Source of the DNA: Candidatus Gastranaerophilales bacterium
GTDB taxonomy: Bacteria; Cyanobacteriota; Vampirovibrionia; Gastranaerophilales; Gastranaerophilaceae
Direction: 5' to 3'
NCBI GenBank assembly: GCA_944322725.1
Contig: CALUPU010000007.1
Span: 8,601-72,600 of the forward strand
Length of the DNA: 64,000 bases
The position numbers and the translations under genes are program-made. The notes under the pieces are model-generated. The model worked only from the letters and a program-made list of their open reading frames with translations. It was not told where the DNA came from and ran no database searches. Of this stretch, positions 1 through 6,333 are shown in pieces. Each line of letters opens with the position of its first letter. The first letter of the stretch is position 1.

Positions 1-20
1 TAAAACTCATTAACTGCGAA

Positions 21-212
21 ATGGTGGATACTGATTTGTCCTTTGAATATTCCGATGTTGAAGCGGATATAAAAGGTCATGTGATTTCCGTCAAAAACCC
101 TAAGTCAGGTGTTATAACTTTAGACAGCCTAGATGAGTTAATTTTTGAGGATGCTGTTATGCCATGTGACGGTAAAGTCATTATAAGAAGCGAAGTTCAA
201 TCCTGCGCGTAA
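21..212 (+). CDS. hypothetical small protein (63 aa)
   Basis: Complete ATG-to-TAA ORF directly upstream of the PHP-domain gene. No recognisable motif, so coding status is unproven. Confidence 0.3.
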   Translation: MVDTDLSFEYSDVEADIKGHVISVKNPKSGVITLDSLDELIFEDAVMPCDGKVIIRSEVQSCA

Positions 213-262
213 CAGTTTATTTTTGATATAATTAAATCAGTAAATTCAAGGGAGTTTGACTG

Positions 263-1519
263 ATGTATTATTACGCTGACCTGCATATTCATTCAAAATA
301 TTCCAGAGCAACCAGCAAAAGCTGTAATCTTGAAGAACTTGCAATCTGGGCGCAGAAAAAAGGATTGAGCGTAATATCTACAGGTGATTTTACCCATCCG
401 GCTTGGTTTGAAGAAATAAAAGAAAAACTTGTTCCGGCAGGAGACGGTGTTTTTAGACTTAAACCAGAAATAGAAAAACAGATTTTAAAACCTGATAAAC
501 CGGTATGGTTCATATTGTCAGTAGAAATTTCCACTATATATAAAAAATGGGATAGAACCAGAAAAGTCCACCATGTTGTCTTTTCACCGGATTTGGAATC
601 CGCGCAGAATTTTAGACAAAAACTGGGTGCAATAGGCAATATATCATCAGACGGAAGACCTATACTCGGGCTTGATTCTCGTGATTTGCTGGAGGTCGCG
701 CTGGAGTCAGGCGAAGGCTCATATATTATCCCTGCTCACATCTGGACACCGTGGTTCTCTGCATTAGGTTCAAAATCAGGGTTTGATTCCATTGATGATT
801 GCTACGGCGACCTTGCAGAGCATATTTTTGCGGTTGAGACAGGCTTGTCCTCCGACCCGGAGATGAACTGGCATGTTTCCAGTCTTGATAAGTACAGACT
901 TGTGTCAAACTCGGATGCTCATTCTCCGTCAAAACTCGCAAGAGAAGCAACAATATTTGATACTGAGCCTGATTATTTCAGCATTATGAATGCACTGAAA
1001 ACAGGTAACGGATATGTGGGAACAGTCGAATTTTTCCCCGAAGAAGGCAAGTACCACGAGGACGGGCACAGAAAATGTAATGTGTGCCTGAGCCCTGAAG
1101 AAACCAAAAAACTCAACGGAATATGTCCTGTCTGCGGAAAACCCCTAACAATAGGCGTTGCATACAGAGTAAGTGAACTTTCAGACAGAAAAGGAGAGAT
1201 TGTTACACCTCCTGCAACAGCAGGAAAGGTAGTGAGCCTTGTTCCTCTGCCTGAAATTCTTTCAGAAATAATGCAGGTTGGTCCTGCAAGCAAGTCAGTG
1301 ACTTTCGAATACGAAAATCTTATTCAAAAACTCGGCTCTGAATTATCTATTCTTACGGAAGTACCTGTAGAAGACATTGAAAAAGTACATTCACCGCAGC
1401 TTGCCGAAGGCATAAAAAGATTAAGAGCAGGAAAAGTCATAAGGCATGCGGGTTATGACGGAGAATACGGTGTAATACGCTTGTTTGAAGATAACGAACT
1501 TGTAAAAAAAACTTCGTAA
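263..1519 (+). CDS. PHP-domain phosphoesterase with Zn ribbon, endonuclease Q-like (COG1379-type)
   Basis: N-terminal YYADLHIHSKYSRATS PHP metal-binding motif. Further His/Asp motifs (PAHIWTPW, SNSDAHS). Internal CNVC..CPVC zinc ribbon. Overall resemblance to archaeal/Bacillus EndoQ. Confidence 0.7.
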   Translation: MYYYADLHIHSKYSRATSKSCNLEELAIWAQKKGLSVISTGDFTHPAWFEEIKEKLVPAGDGVFRLKPEIEKQILKPDKPVWFILSVEISTIYKKWDRTRKVHHVVFSPDLESAQNFRQKLGAIGNISSDGRPILGLDSRDLLEVALESGEGSYIIPAHIWTPWFSALGSKSGFDSIDDCYGDLAEHIFAVETGLSSDPEMNWHVSSLDKYRLVSNSDAHSPSKLAREATIFDTEPDYFSIMNALKTGNGYVGTVEFFPEEGKYHEDGHRKCNVCLSPEETKKLNGICPVCGKPLTIGVAYRVSELSDRKGEIVTPPATAGKVVSLVPLPEILSEIMQVGPASKSVTFEYENLIQKLGSELSILTEVPVEDIEKVHSPQLAEGIKRLRAGKVIRHAGYDGEYGVIRLFEDNELVKKTS

Positions 1520-1609
1520 ATCTTAAACTCAATATTGATATTCCCGAGTCAAAACAGGAAGCAAAGAAAAAAGCGGATTTTTCTACTGTTTCAAATTTTG
1601 AAAAGCAGA

Positions 1610-3185
1610 ATGTTGAGCTCAGGCAGTAACAAAGAAAAAATCCTGCGACCTGGATGGATATCAAAGGGCTGCAGTAAAAAGCGAGGCAAAAAGACTGCTT
1701 ATTACAGCAGGTCCTGGCTCTGGTAAAACTACTGTTCTCACAAGGAGAATAGCATATCTTGTTTCCGAAAAAGATGTTCCTGCGGATAATATCCTTGCCA
1801 TTACATTTACAAGAAGGGCTGCGCAGGAGATGCGCGAACGTTTGCAAAAACTCTTACCTGATTTGTACGAAAGTATAAATATACATACCTTTCACTCAAT
1901 GTGCTTTTCTATCTTGAAAGAAAATGCAGCCAAAGCAGGCTTAAATCCTGACTTTAAAGTAATAAGCGAACAGGAAAGAGAGTTGTATAAAGAGGACTTT
2001 AAACCTGATGAAGCACTTGGTTTTGATGATTTAATATCGTACACATTAAAACTTTTTGAGCAGAATCCTGACATACAAACCTTTTATAGGCAAAAATTCA
2101 AATATGTTTCTGTGGATGAATATCAGGATGTGGACGAAAACCAGTATAAGCTTATAAGGCTCCTTGTGCCTAATGAAGGAAATATCTGTATAATAGGCGA
2201 CCCGAATCAGGCTATCTACGGCTTTAGAGGCGGTGATTCAAGATTTTTTAATAATTTTTCACAGGATTATCCTGATTCTCAAATTGTCTGCCTTCGTAAC
2301 AACTACAGCTCAACAGGTGAGATTGTTAATGCTTCAAACCAGATGATTGAATCTTACAATATTGTCTCACAATATGACAGTCCGTATGAAAAAATCACTA
2401 TACATACGGCGCCAACAGACAAAGCAGAGGCTGAATTTGTCGTAAGTACAATCGAGAATATGATAGGCGGAAACAGCTTTTTCTCAATTGACTCAGACAG
2501 GGCAGACGGCTCTGAAAAAGATTTGTCTTTTGGTGATTTTGCCATTCTTTACAGAACTTCTTCCCAGCTGGAGCCTCTTATTGATGCGCTGGAACGCTCA
2601 GGCATGCCTTTTGTTAAGCTGTCAAATGATTTGCTCTGCGATAAAAAACCGGTTAGAGAATTATTGTCCTTGCTGCGTAAAGACAGTCCGGTTGCTGAAC
2701 AATTAGAAGCTTTGTCAAAAGTTTTTGAAGAAAAAATTGATGATAATATTTTAAAGTTTTTAAAAGAAACAGCTATAGAATGTGCGGACAGAGATGATTT
2801 TGTACATCAGATTTCTCTGCTTACGGAGGCTGATACGCTGGATGAACGCGCTGACAGGATTGCTCTTATGACTCTGCACTCCTCTAAGGGACTTGAATAC
2901 AAATGTGTTTTTGTAACCGGTCTTGAAGATGGAATTATTCCGCTGTACAGAGCCAAAACACCGGAAGAAAAAGAAGAAGAGCGCAGACTTCTTTATGTCG
3001 GTATGACAAGAGCGCAAAGAAGACTCTTCTTATCCCACTGTTTAAAAAGAAAATGGCTCGGTACTTACAAAAACCTTGAGATTTCGCCATTTCTTGCAAA
3101 AATAAAAGAAGATTTACTTAAGTTGAGTAAGTTTGATAAAGAATACAAAGAAAAAGATAATACGGAACAGTTAAAGCTGTTTTGA
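1610..3185 (+). CDS. UvrD/PcrA-like superfamily-1 DNA helicase, 5' end frameshifted or mis-assembled
   Basis: The frame of ORF 1830..3185 stays open upstream to 1617 and there encodes LDGYQRAAV..ITAGPGSGKTT (Walker A). Later motifs are VDEYQDVDENQ, GDPNQAIYGFRGG, LMTLHSSKGLEYKCVF and YVGMTRAQRRL. There is no ATG/GTG/TTG in that frame between the stop at 1614-1616 and the Walker A. The only plausible ATG (1610) is in another frame. Confidence 0.75.
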
Positions 3186-3186
3186 T

Positions 3187-3220
3187 GATAAAAAAGAGGC
3201 TTATTAAAAGCCTCTTTTTT
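3187..3220. terminator. bidirectional rho-independent terminator
   Basis: AGAGGCTT-attaa-AAGCCTCT hairpin flanked by an A-run and a T-run. It lies between the helicase stop and the 3' end of the convergent tRNA-Val. Confidence 0.75.
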
Positions 3221-3223
3221 AAA

Positions 3224-3299
3224 TGGTGGGCGATACTGGACTCGAACCAGCGACCCCCACAATGTCAATGTGATGCGCTACCAACTGCGCCAACCGCCC
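3224..3299 (-). tRNA. tRNA-Val (anticodon GAC), CCA encoded
   Basis: The reverse complement folds as a cloverleaf: acceptor GGGCGGT/ATCGCCC, D-arm GCGC-AGTTGGTA-GCGC, anticodon arm TCACA-TTGACAT-TGTGG, T-arm GCTGG-TTCGAGT-CCAGT, then A-CCA. Confidence 0.93.
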
Positions 3300-3313
3300 A
3301 TTTATTTAATTAG

Positions 3314-3400
3314 TCAAAGCCATAGCTTTGAGATGTGCTACCACCCTCTCCTCGAACGTGACATTTAGTCACCTTCTCGTCGGCAGAGTGCCAACCGCTC
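3314..3400 (-). repeat. truncated tRNA-Val-like element (5' part plus hairpin module plus stem-loop)
   Basis: Minus strand reads GAGCGGTTGGC (10/11 identical to tRNA-Val positions 1-11), a 47-nt insert (3343-3389), GGTAGCACATC (D-arm 3' side), then the TCAAAGC-TATG-GCTTTGA hairpin. No T-arm or 3' acceptor strand. Confidence 0.7.
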
Positions 3401-3447
3401 ATTTTATTTATTTTTAATATTATCATAAAATTTTTATTTTCAAAATA

Positions 3448-3630
3448 TTAAAATAATTTTCTCATTTTAATGAGACATTTTTCTATTTTTTCTGCTATGT
3501 ATGAGTATGAGCCTGTTATATTATTTTCTTCATTGTATTTAATTGCACTAAACAAAAGTTTAGAGAGTGATTCAATGTCGTAGAAAAGGGTTTCCAGTTC
3601 AAATATGTCTATTGTAGAATTCTGTTTCAT
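3448..3630 (-). CDS. hypothetical small protein (60 aa)
   Basis: ORF in an AT-rich islet between tRNA genes, divergent from the HTH gene. No recognisable motif. Confidence 0.3.
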   Translation of the reverse strand: MKQNSTIDIFELETLFYDIESLSKLLFSAIKYNEENNITGSYSYIAEKIEKCLIKMRKLF

Positions 3631-3717
3631 TTTTACCTCATTGCATTTTAAGATGTATTATTACATAATATAATGTAATTTTCAACGTAATAATAAAATT
3701 TCAGATAATATTTTATT

Positions 3718-3945
3718 ATGAACGAAAAATCAATTATTAATGAAATTAAAATTCTGGCAATGGACAGGGATATGACTCTGACAAGGGTCGCAGAATTACT
3801 TTCACAAAAATTAAATAAAAAGTATTCCATGAATAATCTTTCTCAAAAACTGAGGAAAGAAACAATCCCATATAAAGAAATCAAGCTTATTGCTGAGATT
3901 CTGGATTATGATATCAGATTTATTGATAAAAAAAGAATGCACTAA
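3718..3945 (+). CDS. small helix-turn-helix DNA-binding protein (XRE-like)
   Basis: 75 aa. MTLTRVAELLSQKL..NLSQKLRKETIPYKEIKLIAEILDYDIRF resembles short XRE/Cro-type HTH proteins. Followed by a terminator. Confidence 0.5.
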   Translation: MNEKSIINEIKILAMDRDMTLTRVAELLSQKLNKKYSMNNLSQKLRKETIPYKEIKLIAEILDYDIRFIDKKRMH

Positions 3946-3971
3946 AAAAGACCTCATTAAGAGGTCTTTTT
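3944..3971. terminator. rho-independent terminator (usable from both strands)
   Basis: AGACCTC-attaa-GAGGTCT hairpin with a flanking A-run and T-run. It lies between the HTH gene stop and the 3' end of tRNA-Cys. Confidence 0.7.
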
Positions 3972-3978
3972 AGTAAAT

Positions 3979-4049
3979 AGGCGGCACCCAGATTCGAACT
4001 GGGGATAAAGGCTTTGCAGGCCTCTGCCTTACCACTTGGCCATGCCGCC
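3979..4049 (-). tRNA. tRNA-Cys (anticodon GCA), no encoded CCA
   Basis: The reverse complement is GGCGGCATGGCCAAGTGGTAAGGCAGAGGCCTGCAAAGCCTTTATCCCCAGTTCGAATCTGGGTGCCGCCT. Anticodon loop CTGCAAA, U73 discriminator, T-arm CCCAG-TTCGAAT-CTGGG. Confidence 0.9.
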
Positions 4050-4223
4050 AAATTATTTAAGAATGGATGAAAATCACACGACATTCAAGAAATCTTTGAT
4101 TTCGTAGAATGACGGGTGCTGGCGATTTGCTTTAGCAAATCGAACACGTAAACCGTAATACTAGCAAACTTGTTTGCGTAGTAATACGAGGTGAGAGTCT
4201 ATCTTTGGCTTTTAATGTACGAA

Positions 4224-4298
4224 TGGAGCGGAAGACGGGACTCGAACCCGCAGCAGCCTGCTTGGAAGGCAGGTACTCTACCATTGAGTTACTTCCGC
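4224..4298 (-). tRNA. tRNA-Gly (anticodon TCC), CCA encoded
   Basis: The reverse complement is GCGGAAGTAACTCAATGGTAGAGTACCTGCCTTCCAAGCAGGCTGCTGCGGGTTCGAGTCCCGTCTTCCGCTCCA. Anticodon loop CTTCCAA, U73, standard cloverleaf. Confidence 0.93.
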
Positions 4299-4480
4299 GT
4301 AGAGTTTTTTGTTTTTGCGTCCCTGCCTTCTCGGCAGGTAGTAAATCTAACTTCGAGTGCTCTGCACTCTTGGCATTGAGTTACTTCCGCGTAGAGTTTT
4401 TTGTTTTTGCGTCCCTGCCTTCTCGGCAGGTAGTAAATCTAACTTCGAGTGCTCTGCACTCTTGGCATTGAGTTACTTTT
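4282..4480 (-). repeat. 92-bp perfect tandem repeat (about 2.2 units) that includes the first 17 nt of tRNA-Gly
   Basis: Unit 4299-4390 is identical to 4391-4476, after which the second unit diverges. Each unit ends (minus-strand: begins) with GCGGAAGTAACTCAATG, which is tRNA-Gly positions 1-17. Units also contain GAGTGC-AGA-GCACTC and CCTGCC-GAGAA-GGCAGG hairpins. Confidence 0.9.
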
Positions 4481-4496
4481 ACAAAAATTATAAGTA

Positions 4497-4570
4497 TCGG
4501 GATGACACGATTCGAACGTGCGACCCCTTCGTCCCAAGCGAAGTGCGCTACCAAGCTGCGCCACATCCCG
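4497..4570 (-). tRNA. tRNA-Pro (anticodon TGG), no encoded CCA
   Basis: The reverse complement is CGGGATGTGGCGCAGCTTGGTAGCGCACTTCGCTTGGGACGAAGGGGTCGCACGTTCGAATCGTGTCATCCCGA. Anticodon loop CTTGGGA, standard cloverleaf. Confidence 0.93.
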
Positions 4571-4669
4571 ACCCTTTTGTGGAATCCGACGCGCACTTCG
4601 TGCTACCTCTCGTTCGAAATGACATTTAGTCATTTCTCACTCGGCAGAGTCAAGCTGCGCCACATCCCG
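4571..4669 (-). repeat. truncated tRNA-Pro-like element, proximal copy
   Basis: Minus strand reads CGGGATGTGGCGCAGCTTG (19/19 match to tRNA-Pro positions 1-19), a 44-nt hairpin module (4607-4650), then GTAGCAC followed by divergent sequence. No T-arm or 3' acceptor strand. Confidence 0.75.
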
Positions 4670-4711
4670 ATGTATATAGGAACGCAGCTTGGTAAATTTC
4701 TATACGGCACA

Positions 4712-4794
4712 CAGAAGCATTGCTTCTGACTCAGCCTGCCTCCACTCCGGCTTGACATTTAGTCAACCCTGCGCGGAGTCCTTGCCACATCCCG
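4712..4794 (-). repeat. truncated tRNA-Pro-like element, distal copy
   Basis: Minus strand reads CGGGATGTGGC (11/11 match to tRNA-Pro positions 1-11), a 41-nt hairpin module (4739-4779), then the CAGAAGC-AAT-GCTTCTG hairpin. It shares the 5' flank TATACAT with the proximal copy. Confidence 0.7.
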
Positions 4795-4852
4795 ATGTAT
4801 AACTATCAAATTACTATTATCTTTTCAAAGTACTATTAATTTCGTAACTATG

Positions 4853-4881
4853 AGTTTATCAACAACAATTGTCACAGTCAA
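4853..4881 (-). promoter_or_regulatory. candidate sigma-70 promoter for the tRNA cluster
   Basis: Minus strand has TTGACT, 17 nt of spacer, then TAAACT, upstream of the distal Pro-like element. Sequence match only. Confidence 0.35.
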
Positions 4882-4903
4882 GAGATATAACCTCTTATAT
4901 TGA

Positions 4904-5302
4904 CTACATTTTTCTTGTAACTTTTATCAAATGCCAGCCATGACGGGTTTTTACCGGGTCTGAAACTTCACCTATAGGCGTCTCAAATGCTGCATTTTCA
5001 AACTCCGGCACCATCTGACCTCTGACAAAATATCCTAAGTCACCGCCTTTTTCTTTTGACGGGCATTTTGAATATTTCAGAGCCAGTTCTTCAAAGCTTT
5101 CACCTTCTGTGATTCTTGATTTTATAGCCCAAGCCTGTTGTTCGTCATCCACAAGGATATGCTTTGCTCTTACAGTTTTGAATTGTGAGCCGTCTTCTGC
5201 CATTACGGCATTTGACTGCATATTTATTACAGGTACGGTACACAAACCGCAAAGTATAACCGCACAAATTATTTTAATAAAAGTTTTTGCATATATTTTC
5301 AT
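4904..5302 (-). CDS. parvulin-type peptidyl-prolyl cis-trans isomerase (PpiC family), secreted
   Basis: N-terminal signal-like hydrophobic segment followed by a rotamase domain: AKHILVD..FEELALKYSKCPSKEKGGDLGYF..MVPEFENAAF..GWHLIKV. Confidence 0.85.
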   Translation of the reverse strand: MKIYAKTFIKIICAVILCGLCTVPVINMQSNAVMAEDGSQFKTVRAKHILVDDEQQAWAIKSRITEGESFEELALKYSKCPSKEKGGDLGYFVRGQMVPEFENAAFETPIGEVSDPVKTRHGWHLIKVTRKM

Positions 5303-5376
5303 AATTTTCCCCTTTTTATTATGATTTAGATTTTAATTAAAATTTTAACAAAAAACAATTATTTAACAGGACTATT

Positions 5377-6291
5377 TTATAATTTATCAAGGTAATCGAC
5401 TTTTGGACCTTTATCAATCCTGTATTTGTTTAAAATGTCTGAAATCTCTCCTGCTTTTAATTTGTTGAGCGGGTCAACCTGACCTCTCGGGACAGCATAT
5501 ACTCCGTATTTTTTATGTAATTTCTGCCACTGCTCATTATTTAGCTGCCTGTTCATTTCGTTTAAATCTTCTACACCCATATGCAAATGCCATACAGCTG
5601 TCTCTCCTGTTCTGCCTACGATTCCGATTGTATCTCCGGCTTTGACATATTCTCCCGGTGCCTTGATGTCAAAATACTTACTGCCGTTATAATCCTCAGG
5701 TCTTGCCATGTGGTCGTAGGAATACATTTTTCCATCCGGAGACATGATTTTGATGCTATTTGCAATGAGGTTTTTCGGGTCTTTTTCAGGAGATTTTTTT
5801 GCACTTACCACAACACCGTCGGTCGCAGAGGTTATATAAACCGGTTTTGGGGGCTTTCTTCCGTACAACCGCGGGTATATATCCAGCCCCAGATGAGCTC
5901 TGCCGGCAGGTCTCGGAGAGCCGAACTGCCCTGTTGAAGGGATATACGGATGAAGTGCGGAATCTATGGGGAAAACGTATGATGTTTTTATTCTTGATGT
6001 TTTCAGGATATTTTGTATCTTTTTTAAATCCTCCACACAATAAGTATGAGAAACCCCTCCTCTTTCGTTGATTACAGTAATGGGAATAAAATTTTTTAAT
6101 GATTTTTGCACTTTTTCAATGCGGTGGGGTAATGTTTCACATTTTAGAATTTCGTCATAGCGCGGGAGGTTTTTTACAAAACTGTCCTGTGCTACTTTTG
6201 CGGGTGTGCTCAATAAGACTGCAGTAAGAATAACTTTAGCGGTTTTTTTGATATTAAATTTATTAACAACAGGCAATTTATTTATTCTCAT
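5377..6291 (-). CDS. M23 family metallopeptidase
   Basis: AHLGLDIY (HxxxD) and WHLHMGV (HxH) zinc-ligand motifs, GDTIGIVGRTG, and an N-terminal signal/anchor. Confidence 0.8.
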   Translation of the reverse strand: MRINKLPVVNKFNIKKTAKVILTAVLLSTPAKVAQDSFVKNLPRYDEILKCETLPHRIEKVQKSLKNFIPITVINERGGVSHTYCVEDLKKIQNILKTSRIKTSYVFPIDSALHPYIPSTGQFGSPRPAGRAHLGLDIYPRLYGRKPPKPVYITSATDGVVVSAKKSPEKDPKNLIANSIKIMSPDGKMYSYDHMARPEDYNGSKYFDIKAPGEYVKAGDTIGIVGRTGETAVWHLHMGVEDLNEMNRQLNNEQWQKLHKKYGVYAVPRGQVDPLNKLKAGEISDILNKYRIDKGPKVDYLDKL

Positions 6292-6333
6292 ATACGTTTA
6301 ATTCCCGTGAACAAATATTTTTGCCATTAATTT

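Noticed and set aside
1499-1630. Programmed -1 frameshift at the A8 run (1504-1511) fusing the PHP nuclease to the helicase
   Set aside because: The -1 frame is open for only about 36 more codons and stops at 1627-1629. It cannot reach the helicase frame, which itself has a stop at 1614-1616. A two-gene arrangement with a separate defect at the helicase start is simpler.
1437-1847. Antisense or shadow ORFs inside or across strong genes (for example 1437..1847, 9912..10337, 15196..15624, 19267..19737, 45367..45837, 54383..54817, 55675..56076, 56545..56976)
   Set aside because: Each overlaps a CDS that has clear conserved motifs on the other strand or in another frame. Their translations are Cys/Phe/Arg-rich nonsense typical of shadow ORFs.
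3343-3389. Hammerhead ribozyme or kink-turn reading of the tRNA-linked hairpin module (GA before and GA after the central stem, CGAA following it)
   Set aside because: The sequence does not match the hammerhead core (CUGAUGA ... GAAA with a defined three-stem junction). The flanking GA dinucleotides are absent from the third copy. There is not enough evidence to name a motif.
4051-4223. A tRNA-Cys-derived fragment or hidden tRNA in the 173-nt spacer between tRNA-Cys and tRNA-Gly
   Set aside because: No match to the tRNA-Cys 5' or 3' ends. There are only two generic long hairpins (CGATTTGC-ttta-GCAAATCG and an imperfect stem of about 16 bp around GCAAAC-tt-GTTTGC), and no cloverleaf can be drawn.
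4282-4480. CRISPR-like array
   Set aside because: There are only about 2.2 directly abutting 92-bp units with no unique spacers between them, and no cas genes in the window. It is a tandem duplication, not a CRISPR array.
4191-4729. Several 60-90 aa ORFs on both strands (4191..4379, 4205..4471, 4357..4629, 4381..4596, 4439..4633, 4502..4729), some with internally repeated peptide sequence
   Set aside because: They run through tRNA-Gly, tRNA-Pro and the tRNA-linked repeats. The peptide repeats merely mirror the 92-bp DNA repeat. No RBS and no protein-like features.
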